A stretch of 64,000 nt of DNA, taken from positions 1,376,001-1,440,000 of the forward strand of contig OZ241855.1 of the NCBI GenBank assembly GCA_965202785.1, read 5' to 3'. Each line of letters begins with the position of its first letter. Position 1 is the first letter of the stretch. This document shows positions 21,600 to 31,502 of the stretch, one piece after another. The translations under genes and the position numbers were made by a program. This DNA is from Thermodesulfobacteriota bacterium (GTDB lineage: Bacteria; Desulfobacterota_D; UBA1144; Nemesobacterales; Nemesobacteraceae). The notes beneath the pieces are model-generated. The model made no database searches, had not been told where the DNA came from, and saw only the letters and a program-made list of their open reading frames with translations.

Positions 21600-22103
21600 A
21601 TGCCCCTCTATGAATTTGAATGCATCAAGTGCAGAGACAACGTTGAGAAATCACTCAAGACTCTTGAGAAAAAGCGGGACAAGGAGACCGTAAAAAACCT
21701 CGTCCAGAAATATGACAACATCTTTGCCATAGAAGTTATCGACCTTGAGCGCGAAAAAATAGTCGCAAAGCACGGAAGGAAGGGAAAAGACTCCGTATTC
21801 AGCGACTTCTACCTTAAGGACGGGGCCCTGCTTGCGCTTTTCAACATGCGAGACTACAGGTTCTCCGAGCTTATATACGAAGAGGGGGACGAGAAAAAGG
21901 TGAAGTGCCACTGCGGGGAGAAAAAGAAAGTGGAGAAAGTTATCTCGACTTTCGCTTTTACCAGGGACCTCTCAACCGATATGCCGAAGCCCGATCTCTC
22001 GAACCTGCCGCCTTCGGTTAGAAACAGAACTTTCGTGGGAGACTACATAGAGGAAAAGGACAGGCCTAAAAAGCACAGACCTACTCAGAAAAGACTCTCC
22101 TAA
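21600..22103 (+). CDS. FmdB-like zinc-ribbon protein with a large inserted domain (paralogue B)
   Basis: GGAG SD; MPLYEFECIKC (C8/C11), then KCHC (C103/C105) and VEKVISTF. Confidence 0.8.
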   Translation: MPLYEFECIKCRDNVEKSLKTLEKKRDKETVKNLVQKYDNIFAIEVIDLEREKIVAKHGRKGKDSVFSDFYLKDGALLALFNMRDYRFSELIYEEGDEKKVKCHCGEKKKVEKVISTFAFTRDLSTDMPKPDLSNLPPSVRNRTFVGDYIEEKDRPKKHRPTQKRLS

Positions 22104-22161
22104 GAAAAGAATATGGCCGCCGGCACGCAATTTCCTCTTCTCGCCGGGGCTTCACGCTTGG

Positions 22162-22827
22162 TTACTTTTGCTCTTTTCCCGAATACTCCTCTTTGCGCTT
22201 GCCGAACCTTCTCTCAAGTTCATCCGATATGTCCTGAGGCGAAAGACCCGCTTCGCAGAGAAGCACCATGGAATGAAACCACAAATCGGTAAGTTCGTAG
22301 ACGAGTTCGTCTTTATCCCTGTTCTTGGCGGCTATTACTACTTCGCCGGCCTCCTCTCCGATTTTCTTAAGTATCCTGTCAATTCCGCCCTTCATAAGGC
22401 CGCTTACATAAGAGCCTTCCTTGGGGTTCTGCTTCCTGTCCTCTATTACGGAAAACACCTTTCTGAGTGAAGCTTTCTCGAACACGGGGGCGGCTTTTTC
22501 TTCCATGTCTCCCGTTCTGTAAAAGCATGTCGGCCTTCCGGTGTGGCAGGCCGCTCCGGTCTGCTCCACGGTTATTAGCACCGTATCGCAGTCGCAATCA
22601 ACAAAGATTTCCTCTACGTCCTGAAAATGGCCTGATTCTTCCCCCTTGTTCCAGAGCTTTTTTCTTGATCTGCTCCAGAAGTGGGTCCTTCCAGTCTTGA
22701 CGGTCATCTCGAGAGCCTCTTTGTTCGCATATGCGAGCATAAGCACCTGCCCGCTTGAGCGATCCTGCACTATTACGGGCAAAAGGCCTTCGTCGTTGAA
22801 CTTGAGTTCTTCTAGCTTCATATCCAT
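22162..22827 (-). CDS. hisIE: Bifunctional phosphoribosyl-AMP cyclohydrolase/phosphoribosyl-ATP pyrophosphatase
   Basis: [33 protein letters not shown]; start is 22827 or 22821. Confidence 0.95.
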   Translation of the reverse strand: MDMKLEELKFNDEGLLPVIVQDRSSGQVLMLAYANKEALEMTVKTGRTHFWSRSRKKLWNKGEESGHFQDVEEIFVDCDCDTVLITVEQTGAACHTGRPTCFYRTGDMEEKAAPVFEKASLRKVFSVIEDRKQNPKEGSYVSGLMKGGIDRILKKIGEEAGEVVIAAKNRDKDELVYELTDLWFHSMVLLCEAGLSPQDISDELERRFGKRKEEYSGKEQK

Positions 22828-23025
22828 CGGGTTTTCGTTCCGCTGAAAGTACGTCAAGATAATAATTGCAAAGATTCCATTGTCAAAGAACTGACGAGAT
22901 GGGGAAACCGGCACGTTGAGGTCTCGATTCGGCTGTTTTTTTCTCTACGATAGCTTTTCTCCGAATTGCTGTTGATTTTGGGTGTATAACTGTAAAACTG
23001 CTGTGCGCGGGGAGGAATTGCATCT

Positions 23026-24756
23026 GTGTTCTTGAGAAAACATCTTGTTCATGGTTCTGTGGTTATGCTTTTCGCCCTTCTGCTTTTCGCTATTGGCCTC
23101 GTGCTCTACGGCGATTCGGGACTCGTGAGTTTTGAACATGGTGTCGCAAGCGGCGACCCCCTGAATGACAGGGTTATTCTCTGGACGAGAGTCACTCCGC
23201 AGGAATCTCAGAGAAAAATCAGGGTAAAGGTCGAAGTTGCTTCGGATGAGAAATTTGAAAGCCTTGTCCACAGTTCTGTTGAGAGCGCCACGGCCGAGAG
23301 CGATTACACCGTCAAGGTTGATGTCGAGGGTCTTTCGGCAGGAACGGTTTATTACTACCGTTTCCGCTCAGGTGATGCTTCGTCCGTTATCGGCCGTACC
23401 AAAACCTTACCCAGAAGCGATGTGGATTCGGTTAGGTTGGCGGTGTTTTCATGTGCAAACTATCCTACTTCTCATGGCGGTTACTTTAACGTTTACGGCC
23501 ACGCGGCAGCAGCGGCTGACGTCGATGCCGTGGTACACCTCGGCGATTACATCTACGAGTATGGCAAGGCGCCGGATTCGGAGAACGGTAATTCTCAAGG
23601 ATTCGGCAGAGATCTTCCGGAATACAGCGATAAGGAAATCCTTACGCTTGACGATTACCGAAGGCGTTACGCCCTGTACAGAACTGATCCGCAGCTTCAG
23701 GCTCTCCATGCCGCGCATCCGTTCATCACCGTCTGGGATGATCATGAGGTCGCAAACGACGCCTATGTGGGAGGTGCGCAGAACCATAACGAAGGTGAGG
23801 GCAGTTTCGATGTACGCAAAAAGGTTGCGCTTCGGGCTTACTACGAGTGGATGCCGGTTCGCCCCGTAAAAGATAATGATTCCGAACGGGTCTACCGCAG
23901 TTTTTCTTTCGGGAACCTGGTTGAGCTTTTAATGCTTGATACCCGTCTTGCCGGACGGGAAAAACAGCTTAGTTACAAGGATTATTTCGACCCGGATACC
24001 GGTTTTGATGCCCGGCGTTTCGGTGAGGATATTGGTTCTCCTGACCGAACGCTGCTCGGTCGGGATCAGCTTGACTGGCTTCTGGGGAAACTCGCCGGTT
24101 CAACCGCCACGTGGCAGGTTCTGGGTCAGCAGGTACTTATGGGCAGAATGAACATTCCAGCTGAAATAATTCCTCATCTTGGCGACCGTACGCCTGAGGT
24201 CGCGGGTCTTATTGATAAACTGACCGAGATTAAGGAGCGGGTGCTTCGGGATGATCCTTCGGTGACTCAGGATGAGCGGAACCGTATAAATACGGTGCTT
24301 CCTTATAACCTTGATGCCTGGGACGGTTACCCTGCGGAGCGCGAAGCGGTGTTAGGCGCGGCCTACGGAGGGGAGAAGAACTTGGTAGTGCTCGCCGGGG
24401 ATACGCATAACGGATGGGCAAGTAATCTCAAGGACGCAGAAGGTAATCGTGTAGGCGTTGAATTTGCCACCGCGTCTGTGTCTTCCGGAGGTCTTGAAAC
24501 TTACCTTAAGCTTAAACCTGAACAGGCTGAGGAGTTCGCCCGGGATTTACAGGTGTTGATTGACGATCTTGTCTATTCAAACACGAAGGACCGCGGTTAT
24601 ATGATTGTCAGTTTTACTCCGAAGATGGCCCAGTCGCGGTGGATATACGTGGATACCGTCAAACGGTCCGAATTCAGCGAAAAGAACTCTGCGTCCAAGG
24701 TTTTTAAGGTGCTTCCCGGCACAGGGAACCGTGAACTTGTTCCTGTTGATAATTAG
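23026..24756 (+). CDS. phoD: Alkaline phosphatase D
   Basis: FEHGVASGDP, FSCANY, HLGDYIYEY, WDDHEVAND, LDTR, DAWDGY, GDTHN. Confidence 0.93.
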   Translation: MFLRKHLVHGSVVMLFALLLFAIGLVLYGDSGLVSFEHGVASGDPLNDRVILWTRVTPQESQRKIRVKVEVASDEKFESLVHSSVESATAESDYTVKVDVEGLSAGTVYYYRFRSGDASSVIGRTKTLPRSDVDSVRLAVFSCANYPTSHGGYFNVYGHAAAAADVDAVVHLGDYIYEYGKAPDSENGNSQGFGRDLPEYSDKEILTLDDYRRRYALYRTDPQLQALHAAHPFITVWDDHEVANDAYVGGAQNHNEGEGSFDVRKKVALRAYYEWMPVRPVKDNDSERVYRSFSFGNLVELLMLDTRLAGREKQLSYKDYFDPDTGFDARRFGEDIGSPDRTLLGRDQLDWLLGKLAGSTATWQVLGQQVLMGRMNIPAEIIPHLGDRTPEVAGLIDKLTEIKERVLRDDPSVTQDERNRINTVLPYNLDAWDGYPAEREAVLGAAYGGEKNLVVLAGDTHNGWASNLKDAEGNRVGVEFATASVSSGGLETYLKLKPEQAEEFARDLQVLIDDLVYSNTKDRGYMIVSFTPKMAQSRWIYVDTVKRSEFSEKNSASKVFKVLPGTGNRELVPVDN

Positions 24757-24876
24757 GCTGGAACATTGTGGTGGAGGAACCGATTAAGGCGAGATTTAAT
24801 TGACATTATCGTGAAGAGTCGAATGATATTGGGTATCATATCAAAATTAGGTGTTGACTAAGGAAGGTAACAATCC

Positions 24877-25089
24877 ATGGCCAGGATTACAATTGAAGAC
24901 TGCTTAGAGAAAGTTGAGAACAGGTTTGCTCTTTCCATCGCAGCGATGAAAAGGGCAGGCCAGATATCCAAGGGAGCTACCGTAGTAGCCTCTGAAAACG
25001 ATGACAACAAGCATGTTGTCTCTGCGTTAAGAGAGATAGCCGAAGGAAAGGTAAACGTCATATATCCCAAGGATAGAGATAATTACTGA
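24877..25089 (+). CDS. rpoZ: RNA polymerase omega subunit
   Basis: [17 protein letters not shown]...ALREIAEG. Confidence 0.93.
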   Translation: MARITIEDCLEKVENRFALSIAAMKRAGQISKGATVVASENDDNKHVVSALREIAEGKVNVIYPKDRDNY

Positions 25090-25146
25090 TTGCGCACGTA
25101 GCCCCGTGCGGTTTTAACCCGCGCACAGCGAGGTAAAGATCTTTTT

Positions 25147-27093
25147 ATGCTCTCGGTAGGCATAGACGCGGGAGGAACTTTCACCGATTTTGTTTTCTTC
25201 GATGGAAAGGAAATATCGGTAAACAAGGTCCCTTCCACTCCCCGCGATCCTTCGATAGCAGTACTGAACGGGCTTAAAGCCCATCCCGTTGAGTTCTCCC
25301 ACATATCGGAAATTATCCACGGAACCACCGTGGCCACAAACGCTCTTCTGGAGCGGGAAGGGGCGAAGACCTGCCTTGTCACCACAAGGGGTTTTGAAGA
25401 CGTAATCGAGATCAGGCGGCAGAACAGGGAGAAACTGTACGATCTGCTATGGAATCCGGCCACCCCTCTTGTGCCGCCGGAACTCAGGTTCGGCGTTTCC
25501 GAGAGAACGGATTACCGCGGTCGCGTGCTTGTTTGCCCGGATGAGGCTGAAGTAGAGGAAATAAAGGAGGAGATATCTTCTCTCGGTGTTGAGGCGATAG
25601 CGGTTTGTTTTCTCCATTCGTACGCAAACCCTGAAAATGAACGCGGGGTCGCGGCCGCGCTTTCCGAACTCGGTATTCCGATTACCCTCTCCTCTGAGCT
25701 TGTTGCGGAATTCAGGGAGTATGAAAGGACTTCAACGACAGTCCTTAATTCCTATCTGATCCCAAAAGTGAACAAGTATATGCGCTCACTCTCCCGCACC
25801 CTCGAGAAAAAATCTCTTTCCATCATGCAGTCAAACGGCGGGGTTATATCTGCCGAACAGGCGGCCGATGAGCCTGCAAAAATAGTTCTTTCCGGTCCCG
25901 CTGGGGGGGTGGTCGGGGCGTTTGAGATATGCGCGCTCTCAGGGAGAAGGAAAATTATTACCTACGACATGGGGGGAACTTCGACAGACATATCCCTTTG
26001 CGACGGCAAAGTAAGCTTTACGACCGAGAATACCCTGGGAGGTGTTGCACTTAAGGTGCCGATGATAAACATCTCAACCATAGGGGCCGGAGGCGGTTCA
26101 GTCGCTTACATTGCCGATGGGGGGATCCTTAAGGTCGGCCCGAGAAGCGCAGGCGCTGACCCCGGCCCCGCGTGTTACGGAAAAGGCGTTTTGCCGACCG
26201 TAACGGACGCCAATATAGTTCTCGGCAGAATGGATCCCGGCTGGTTTCTGGGCGGCGAGATGAATATATATCCCGAAAGGTCCTTTGAAGCTATTCGCTC
26301 TCTCGCACCGGATCATCCCACGGAGGAAGTCGCCGAATCCATAATCAGGATTTCAAATTCAAACATGGAAAAGGCTCTTCGCGTGATATCGGTCGGGAAG
26401 GGCTACGATCCGAGGGAGTTTTCGCTTGTTTCATTCGGCGGCGCGGGAGGTCTTCACGCCTGCGAGCTTGCCCGCTCCCTTGGTATACGGGAAATTGTGT
26501 TTCCCCGAAATCCCGGGGCGCTTTCTGCCTACGGGATGCTTCTTGCCGATTCCTTCAAGGATTACGGAATCACGTTTTTTTCCTCAGCGGATGAGGGTCA
26601 TCTTGCGGAGACGGACCGAAAGTTCGCGGATCTTGAAAAGCTCGCGCGCGAGGACCTTGCAAGAGAGGATCTGAGGTTCGAAAAGCATGTTGACGCGAGG
26701 TATCGAAGGCAGTCCCATGAACTAACTATTCCCTACAGTGATTCCATGGCTTCGGATTTTCACCGCGAGCATGAAAGAGTTTACGGATACAGGAAGGAAT
26801 CTTCCGTCGTCGAGATCGTGACCCTGAGACTCAGGGCCTATATGCCGGAGCGAAAAATAGATATTCTTCCCGCTTCTGGGATGGGGGCAGAGCCGCGGTT
26901 TTTCACAAAGGAAGTGATTTTTGAGGGCAGAAAAGTAAAGGCCAGATGCTGCGAGAGAGAAAAGCTCGGGCCGGGTTTTCGATTTGAAGGGCCATGCGTT
27001 CTCTACGAGAAAACTGCAACTACTTTTATTCCTCCCGATAGTGCTTGCGAAGTGGACGATTACGGGAGCATTATAGTGAGCTTCAATGCGTAG
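25147..27093 (+). CDS. Hydantoinase A/5-oxoprolinase ATP-binding subunit
   Basis: IDAGGTFTD, HGTTVATNALLE, SGPAGG, DMGGTSTD, SAGADPGPACY, FGGAGGLH. Confidence 0.92.
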   Translation: MLSVGIDAGGTFTDFVFFDGKEISVNKVPSTPRDPSIAVLNGLKAHPVEFSHISEIIHGTTVATNALLEREGAKTCLVTTRGFEDVIEIRRQNREKLYDLLWNPATPLVPPELRFGVSERTDYRGRVLVCPDEAEVEEIKEEISSLGVEAIAVCFLHSYANPENERGVAAALSELGIPITLSSELVAEFREYERTSTTVLNSYLIPKVNKYMRSLSRTLEKKSLSIMQSNGGVISAEQAADEPAKIVLSGPAGGVVGAFEICALSGRRKIITYDMGGTSTDISLCDGKVSFTTENTLGGVALKVPMINISTIGAGGGSVAYIADGGILKVGPRSAGADPGPACYGKGVLPTVTDANIVLGRMDPGWFLGGEMNIYPERSFEAIRSLAPDHPTEEVAESIIRISNSNMEKALRVISVGKGYDPREFSLVSFGGAGGLHACELARSLGIREIVFPRNPGALSAYGMLLADSFKDYGITFFSSADEGHLAETDRKFADLEKLAREDLAREDLRFEKHVDARYRRQSHELTIPYSDSMASDFHREHERVYGYRKESSVVEIVTLRLRAYMPERKIDILPASGMGAEPRFFTKEVIFEGRKVKARCCEREKLGPGFRFEGPCVLYEKTATTFIPPDSACEVDDYGSIIVSFNA

Positions 27094-27104
27094 AGCTTTT
27101 TTTG

Positions 27105-27701
27105 ATGAGCACGATGAACATACGGGAAGAGATAAGAAAAGCCTTGGACCCTCCAGGAACTTCCCCTGATCCTGGCGAAGGACTTCTGGCATCCGCTGTG
27201 TTGGTTATGCTCTGCGAGCAGGGTGAAGGCCATGGAATATGGTTTATAAAGAGAACCGAATACAGGAATGATGCTTTCTCGGGTCACGTAGCTTTCCCGG
27301 GCGGAAAGAAAAAACAAAGCGACGCGACTCTTGTTGATACGGCTTTGAGGGAAGTAGGAGAGGAGCTTGGTTTTGACGCCGGGAAGGAAGTAGAGATTCT
27401 CGGGGAAATGGATTTTGTGCGTCCCTACACCCCTTCTGTTAGACAGTATGCGGTAAAACCTTTTGTAGCCATGATAGATGGTGAAGTGGAATTTGTTCCC
27501 AATTATGAAGTATCTGAATTTTTCTGCGTTCCGGTTTCCCACTTGGTTAATCCGAAAAACCGCGATGTGAGGGAAAGAGAACGGGATGGGAAAATAATAG
27601 ATGATTACGTGTTTGCCTACCGCAATCACATAATATGGGGACTTACGGGAAGAATACTTGACGAGTTTTTCAGGAAAACTTCAGGGTGTTTCAAGAGATA
27701 A
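27105..27701 (+). CDS. Nudix CoA pyrophosphatase (NudL-like)
   Basis: SGHVAFPGG, ALREVGEELG Nudix box, IWGLTG; start is 27105 or 27114. Confidence 0.88.
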   Translation: MSTMNIREEIRKALDPPGTSPDPGEGLLASAVLVMLCEQGEGHGIWFIKRTEYRNDAFSGHVAFPGGKKKQSDATLVDTALREVGEELGFDAGKEVEILGEMDFVRPYTPSVRQYAVKPFVAMIDGEVEFVPNYEVSEFFCVPVSHLVNPKNRDVRERERDGKIIDDYVFAYRNHIIWGLTGRILDEFFRKTSGCFKR

Positions 27702-27766
27702 TGTTTAAATCTCTCTGATGATCGTGTAAATTTCTGCAAACGTAAGAACGGTGGTGATCAAGACTA

Positions 27767-28195
27767 ATGGCAGCGGTTAACAAGGCTATAATACTCGGGA
27801 ACCTGGGAAGAGACCCTGAGGTAAGGTACACGACGGACGGAAATGCGGTTACCACTTTCTCGGTTGCTACCACGGAAACACGAAAAGACAGGGACGGAAA
27901 CTCTCAGGAACACACGGAGTGGCACAGGATAGTGGTATTTGGAAGGCTTGCGGAAGTCTGCGGAGAGTATCTTGCCAAAGGGAGATCGGTTTACGTGGAG
28001 GGTTCTATCAGAACCCGCTCATGGGACGACAGGGAAGGAAACAAGAGGTATACGACCGAGATCGTGGGAAGAACCGTGCAGTTTCTCTCTCCTAGAGGAG
28101 AGAGAGGAAGGCAAAGCGGCGGGGCGCCCCCGGCTGAAGATGACTTCTCCTACGAAGAGGGCGCCGGCATGACGGACGACGACGTTCCATTCTGA
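27767..28195 (+). CDS. ssb: Single-stranded DNA-binding protein
   Basis: [18 protein letters not shown] and C-terminal DDDVPF. Confidence 0.97.
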   Translation: MAAVNKAIILGNLGRDPEVRYTTDGNAVTTFSVATTETRKDRDGNSQEHTEWHRIVVFGRLAEVCGEYLAKGRSVYVEGSIRTRSWDDREGNKRYTTEIVGRTVQFLSPRGERGRQSGGAPPAEDDFSYEEGAGMTDDDVPF

Positions 28196-28226
28196 TTCTT
28201 TTGGTCTTTACTGACACATTAAGTTT

Positions 28227-29612
28227 ATGTCTCTGGCCGTTATAATCCTGGCGGCGGGCAAGGGAGTCCGCATGAATTCGCAACTCCCCAAGGTGCTGCA
28301 CCCCATCCTGAAAAAACCCATGCTGCGCTATGTCCTTGAAACGGCGCAGAAGATGGAGCCTGAGAAAATAGTGCTTGTCCTGGGACGTGACTCGGAGCTC
28401 GTGAAGGGAGAGATCTCGGATTACCCGGTGGAGACGGTCATCCAGGAACCGCAGCTTGGAACCGGGCACGCGGTTTTGTGTTGCGAAGATGCGTTTCAGG
28501 ATTTTTCGGGAGACATCCTTATACTAAGCGGAGATGTTCCCGCGATAAGTTTTTTTTCTCTGCGCGAGTTTACGGATTCTCACGCGAAAAACGGAGCGGA
28601 CCTCTCATTAATGTCCACTCTGGTGGAAGACCCCAGCGGATACGGGAGAGTATTGAGGAATGCCGACGGGGAAGTGCTTCGCGTTGTTGAGGACAAAGAC
28701 GCCACGGCGGACGAGAAGAAGGAAAATGAGATAAATGCAGGTATTTACTGCGTAAATTCCTCCTTTCTCTGGGAGAGCTTGGGCGGACTTGATAGTGAAA
28801 ACAGCCAGGGAGAGTATTACCTGCCAGGAATTGTGGATCTCTGCGTTTCCCGCAAACGCAGACTTTTGGCTTTTAGCTTGGCGGATCCAAAGGAGGTGTC
28901 CGGAGTGAACAGCAGAGAGCAACTCGGCGAGGCGGAAAAAACCATTAGACAGGCAATAAACCGCCGCCACATGGAAAACGGGGTTACCATAGAGGATCCC
29001 GAAACCACCTACATATCAGACTCTGTAAGCATAGGAAGGGATACAACCGTGTGTCCTAATACCTATATTTACGGCGAAACCAGTATCGGCGATGGTTGTC
29101 GCATAGGGCCGTCTGTATACATTGAAGATTCACGTATAGGAAACAATGTCGAGATAAGGTTTTCCTCTTATCTTACGGGGTGTGAAGTCGAAAACGGTGT
29201 TGTGATGGGTCCTTTCTGTCATCTGCGGCCCGAAGCCAGGATAAAAGACGGGGCCAAGATCGGCAACTTCGTTGAGATAAAGAAATCGGAAATAGGGGTT
29301 GGTTCCAAGGTCCCGCATCTTTCCTACGTGGGAGATGCTGATATCGGCGACGGAGTTAATATCGGTGCCGGAACCATCACCTGCAACTACGACGGGGTAA
29401 ACAAGCACAGGACCGTGGTCGAGGACCGCGCTTTCATAGGAAGCGACACCATGCTTGTCGCGCCGATCAGAATTGGAAAAGAAGCTACTACGGCCGCGGG
29501 CTCCACGATAACAAAAGATGTTTCCCCGGGGGCTCTGGCCATAGAACGCGCCGGGCAGAAAGAAATAACCGACTGGCCGAAGAGAAAAACGGTGAAGAAG
29601 GAGAAATCCTGA
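28227..29612 (+). CDS. glmU: Bifunctional UDP-GlcNAc pyrophosphorylase/glucosamine-1-phosphate acetyltransferase
   Basis: LAAGKGVRM, QLGTGHA, hexapeptide repeats, GNFVEIK, CNYDG. Confidence 0.96.
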   Translation: MSLAVIILAAGKGVRMNSQLPKVLHPILKKPMLRYVLETAQKMEPEKIVLVLGRDSELVKGEISDYPVETVIQEPQLGTGHAVLCCEDAFQDFSGDILILSGDVPAISFFSLREFTDSHAKNGADLSLMSTLVEDPSGYGRVLRNADGEVLRVVEDKDATADEKKENEINAGIYCVNSSFLWESLGGLDSENSQGEYYLPGIVDLCVSRKRRLLAFSLADPKEVSGVNSREQLGEAEKTIRQAINRRHMENGVTIEDPETTYISDSVSIGRDTTVCPNTYIYGETSIGDGCRIGPSVYIEDSRIGNNVEIRFSSYLTGCEVENGVVMGPFCHLRPEARIKDGAKIGNFVEIKKSEIGVGSKVPHLSYVGDADIGDGVNIGAGTITCNYDGVNKHRTVVEDRAFIGSDTMLVAPIRIGKEATTAAGSTITKDVSPGALAIERAGQKEITDWPKRKTVKKEKS

Positions 29613-29613
29613 A

Positions 29614-31443
29614 ATGTGCGGAATAGTAGCATATGTGGGAAGTTCGGATAGAACCAAAAGAGTTCTCTGCGAAAGCTTGGGGAGATTAGAGTACAGGGGT
29701 TACGATTCTTCCGGGATATGTTTTGTCGAAAACGGCCGCTCCCGCGTCGTAAGAAGCGAGGGAAAACTTGAAAATCTTTTCACCAAGCTAAAGGACTGCG
29801 AGGTAACCTCTTCGCTCGGCATCGCTCACACCAGATGGGCCACCCACGGCGATCCCTCGGAGCGAAACGCCCACCCTCAGGTATCCGGTCCGATAAGCGT
29901 AGTGCATAACGGAATAGTGGAGAACTACCCCGAGCTTAAGGAGGAACTTGTTGCCGCAGGTTATGAATTCTGCTCCGATACCGACACCGAAGTCATCTCC
30001 CATCTGATCCGCGATTTTACGGAAAAAGGAAACTCTCTTCTTGAATCAACGAGAAAGGCCTTTGAGAAAATAGAAGGCTCTTACGCTGTGGCGGTCATGT
30101 CGGATACAGAGCCCGGGAAGATAATCGCCACCAGGCGTTTCTCTCCTCTTATAATAGCGCGCAACGGAAACGAATGTTTCCTGGCTTCGGACATCCCTGC
30201 GATTTTGCCCTACACGAGGGAATTTATTTTCCTTGAGGATAACGATTTTGTGGTTCTGGACGAAAACGGCGTTTCCATAACCGACGCCGCCGGCAATGAC
30301 GTTAGCAGAGACCCGACGGTTGTGGACTGGGACCCTTCGGTAACCGAGAAGTCAGGATATCGCCATTACATGCTGAAGGAAATTTTCGAACAGCCTGCGG
30401 CCATTTTCGATACGCTTCGGGGGAAATTCACGGCGGACATGAGGAAAGTGGTTTTTGAGGACTTGGATCCTGCGCTTTTGCGAAACACGCAGAGAATCAT
30501 TATCGCGGCCTGCGGCACTTCCTACCACGCTTCCCTTATAGGGAAGTACATGATAGAGGAGGTGGCCGGAGTGAATACCCAGGTGGAGCTTGCATCGGAG
30601 TTTCGACACAGAAATCCGGTCGTTGGTACCGACACCCTTTTTATCGCGGTTTCTCAGTCGGGTGAGACCGCGGACACCTCGGAAGCACTTCTAAAGGCCA
30701 AGGAGCTCGGTATGAACTCAATCGGAATAACGAACGTTGCGCTGAGCAAAATCTCAAGAGAGTCTGACTGTGTCATAGCTACAAAGGCGGGACCTGAGAT
30801 CGGGGTTGCCTCTACAAAGTCTTTCACGACGCAGGTAATGGCGTTCTACCTTCTTTCCGTATATCTCGCGATCTTAAGGAAGGCGGTTGATTCAAAAAGG
30901 GCGAGGCAACTGATAGCCGATGCCATATCGGTTTCAAAACTCCAGCAGGAATCTCTTGGACTCGATGAACGTCTCAGAGAGCTTTCAAGAGATTTTTACG
31001 GTTACAGGAATTTTATATATCTGGGCCGGGGAATTAATTACCCCGTGGCTCTTGAGGGAGCGCTTAAGCTCAAAGAAATCTCATACATCCACGCCGAAGG
31101 CTATGCCGCCGGGGAGATGAAGCACGGTCCCATAGCTCTTATAGACAGGAACATGCCAGTTGTATTTATAGCTCCCGAGGAGGATATATATTACAAAAAG
31201 CTCCTTGGAAATTTTCAGGAGGTAAAGGCCAGGGGAGGGCGAATAATTTTCATAACGTCGGATAGAAAGCTTCAGCTTCCCGATGAAAGGGACAGGAAGA
31301 TAGTGATTCCGAAAAGTTCTTACCTTGTAAGCCCGATGGTATCGGTTATCCCCGTTCAGTTTATGGCTTACCACATAGCCAATATTCTGGGGACAGATGT
31401 TGATCAGCCGAGGAATCTGGCCAAGGTTGTCACGGTTGAATGA
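29614..31443 (+). CDS. glmS: Glutamine-fructose-6-phosphate aminotransferase
   Basis: MCGIV, HTRWATHG, SQSGETAD, PRNLAKVVTVE. Confidence 0.97.
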   Translation: MCGIVAYVGSSDRTKRVLCESLGRLEYRGYDSSGICFVENGRSRVVRSEGKLENLFTKLKDCEVTSSLGIAHTRWATHGDPSERNAHPQVSGPISVVHNGIVENYPELKEELVAAGYEFCSDTDTEVISHLIRDFTEKGNSLLESTRKAFEKIEGSYAVAVMSDTEPGKIIATRRFSPLIIARNGNECFLASDIPAILPYTREFIFLEDNDFVVLDENGVSITDAAGNDVSRDPTVVDWDPSVTEKSGYRHYMLKEIFEQPAAIFDTLRGKFTADMRKVVFEDLDPALLRNTQRIIIAACGTSYHASLIGKYMIEEVAGVNTQVELASEFRHRNPVVGTDTLFIAVSQSGETADTSEALLKAKELGMNSIGITNVALSKISRESDCVIATKAGPEIGVASTKSFTTQVMAFYLLSVYLAILRKAVDSKRARQLIADAISVSKLQQESLGLDERLRELSRDFYGYRNFIYLGRGINYPVALEGALKLKEISYIHAEGYAAGEMKHGPIALIDRNMPVVFIAPEEDIYYKKLLGNFQEVKARGGRIIFITSDRKLQLPDERDRKIVIPKSSYLVSPMVSVIPVQFMAYHIANILGTDVDQPRNLAKVVTVE

Positions 31444-31502
31444 TATCATGCCTTTGCTGGGCGCAATGATATTTTTGCATCTAATTTTATAAGAGGTTTC
31501 AA

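Noticed and set aside
22990-23007. Pho box upstream of phoD (CTGT repeated at 11-nt spacing)
   Set aside because: The second half-site is poor and abuts the SD, so it is too weak to call
29580-29614. glmS ribozyme
   Set aside because: glmS starts 1 bp after the glmU stop, leaving no leader
31400-31502. attTn7 region at the 3' end of glmS
   Set aside because: purD follows after 59 bp with no Tn7 ends or tns genes, so the site is empty
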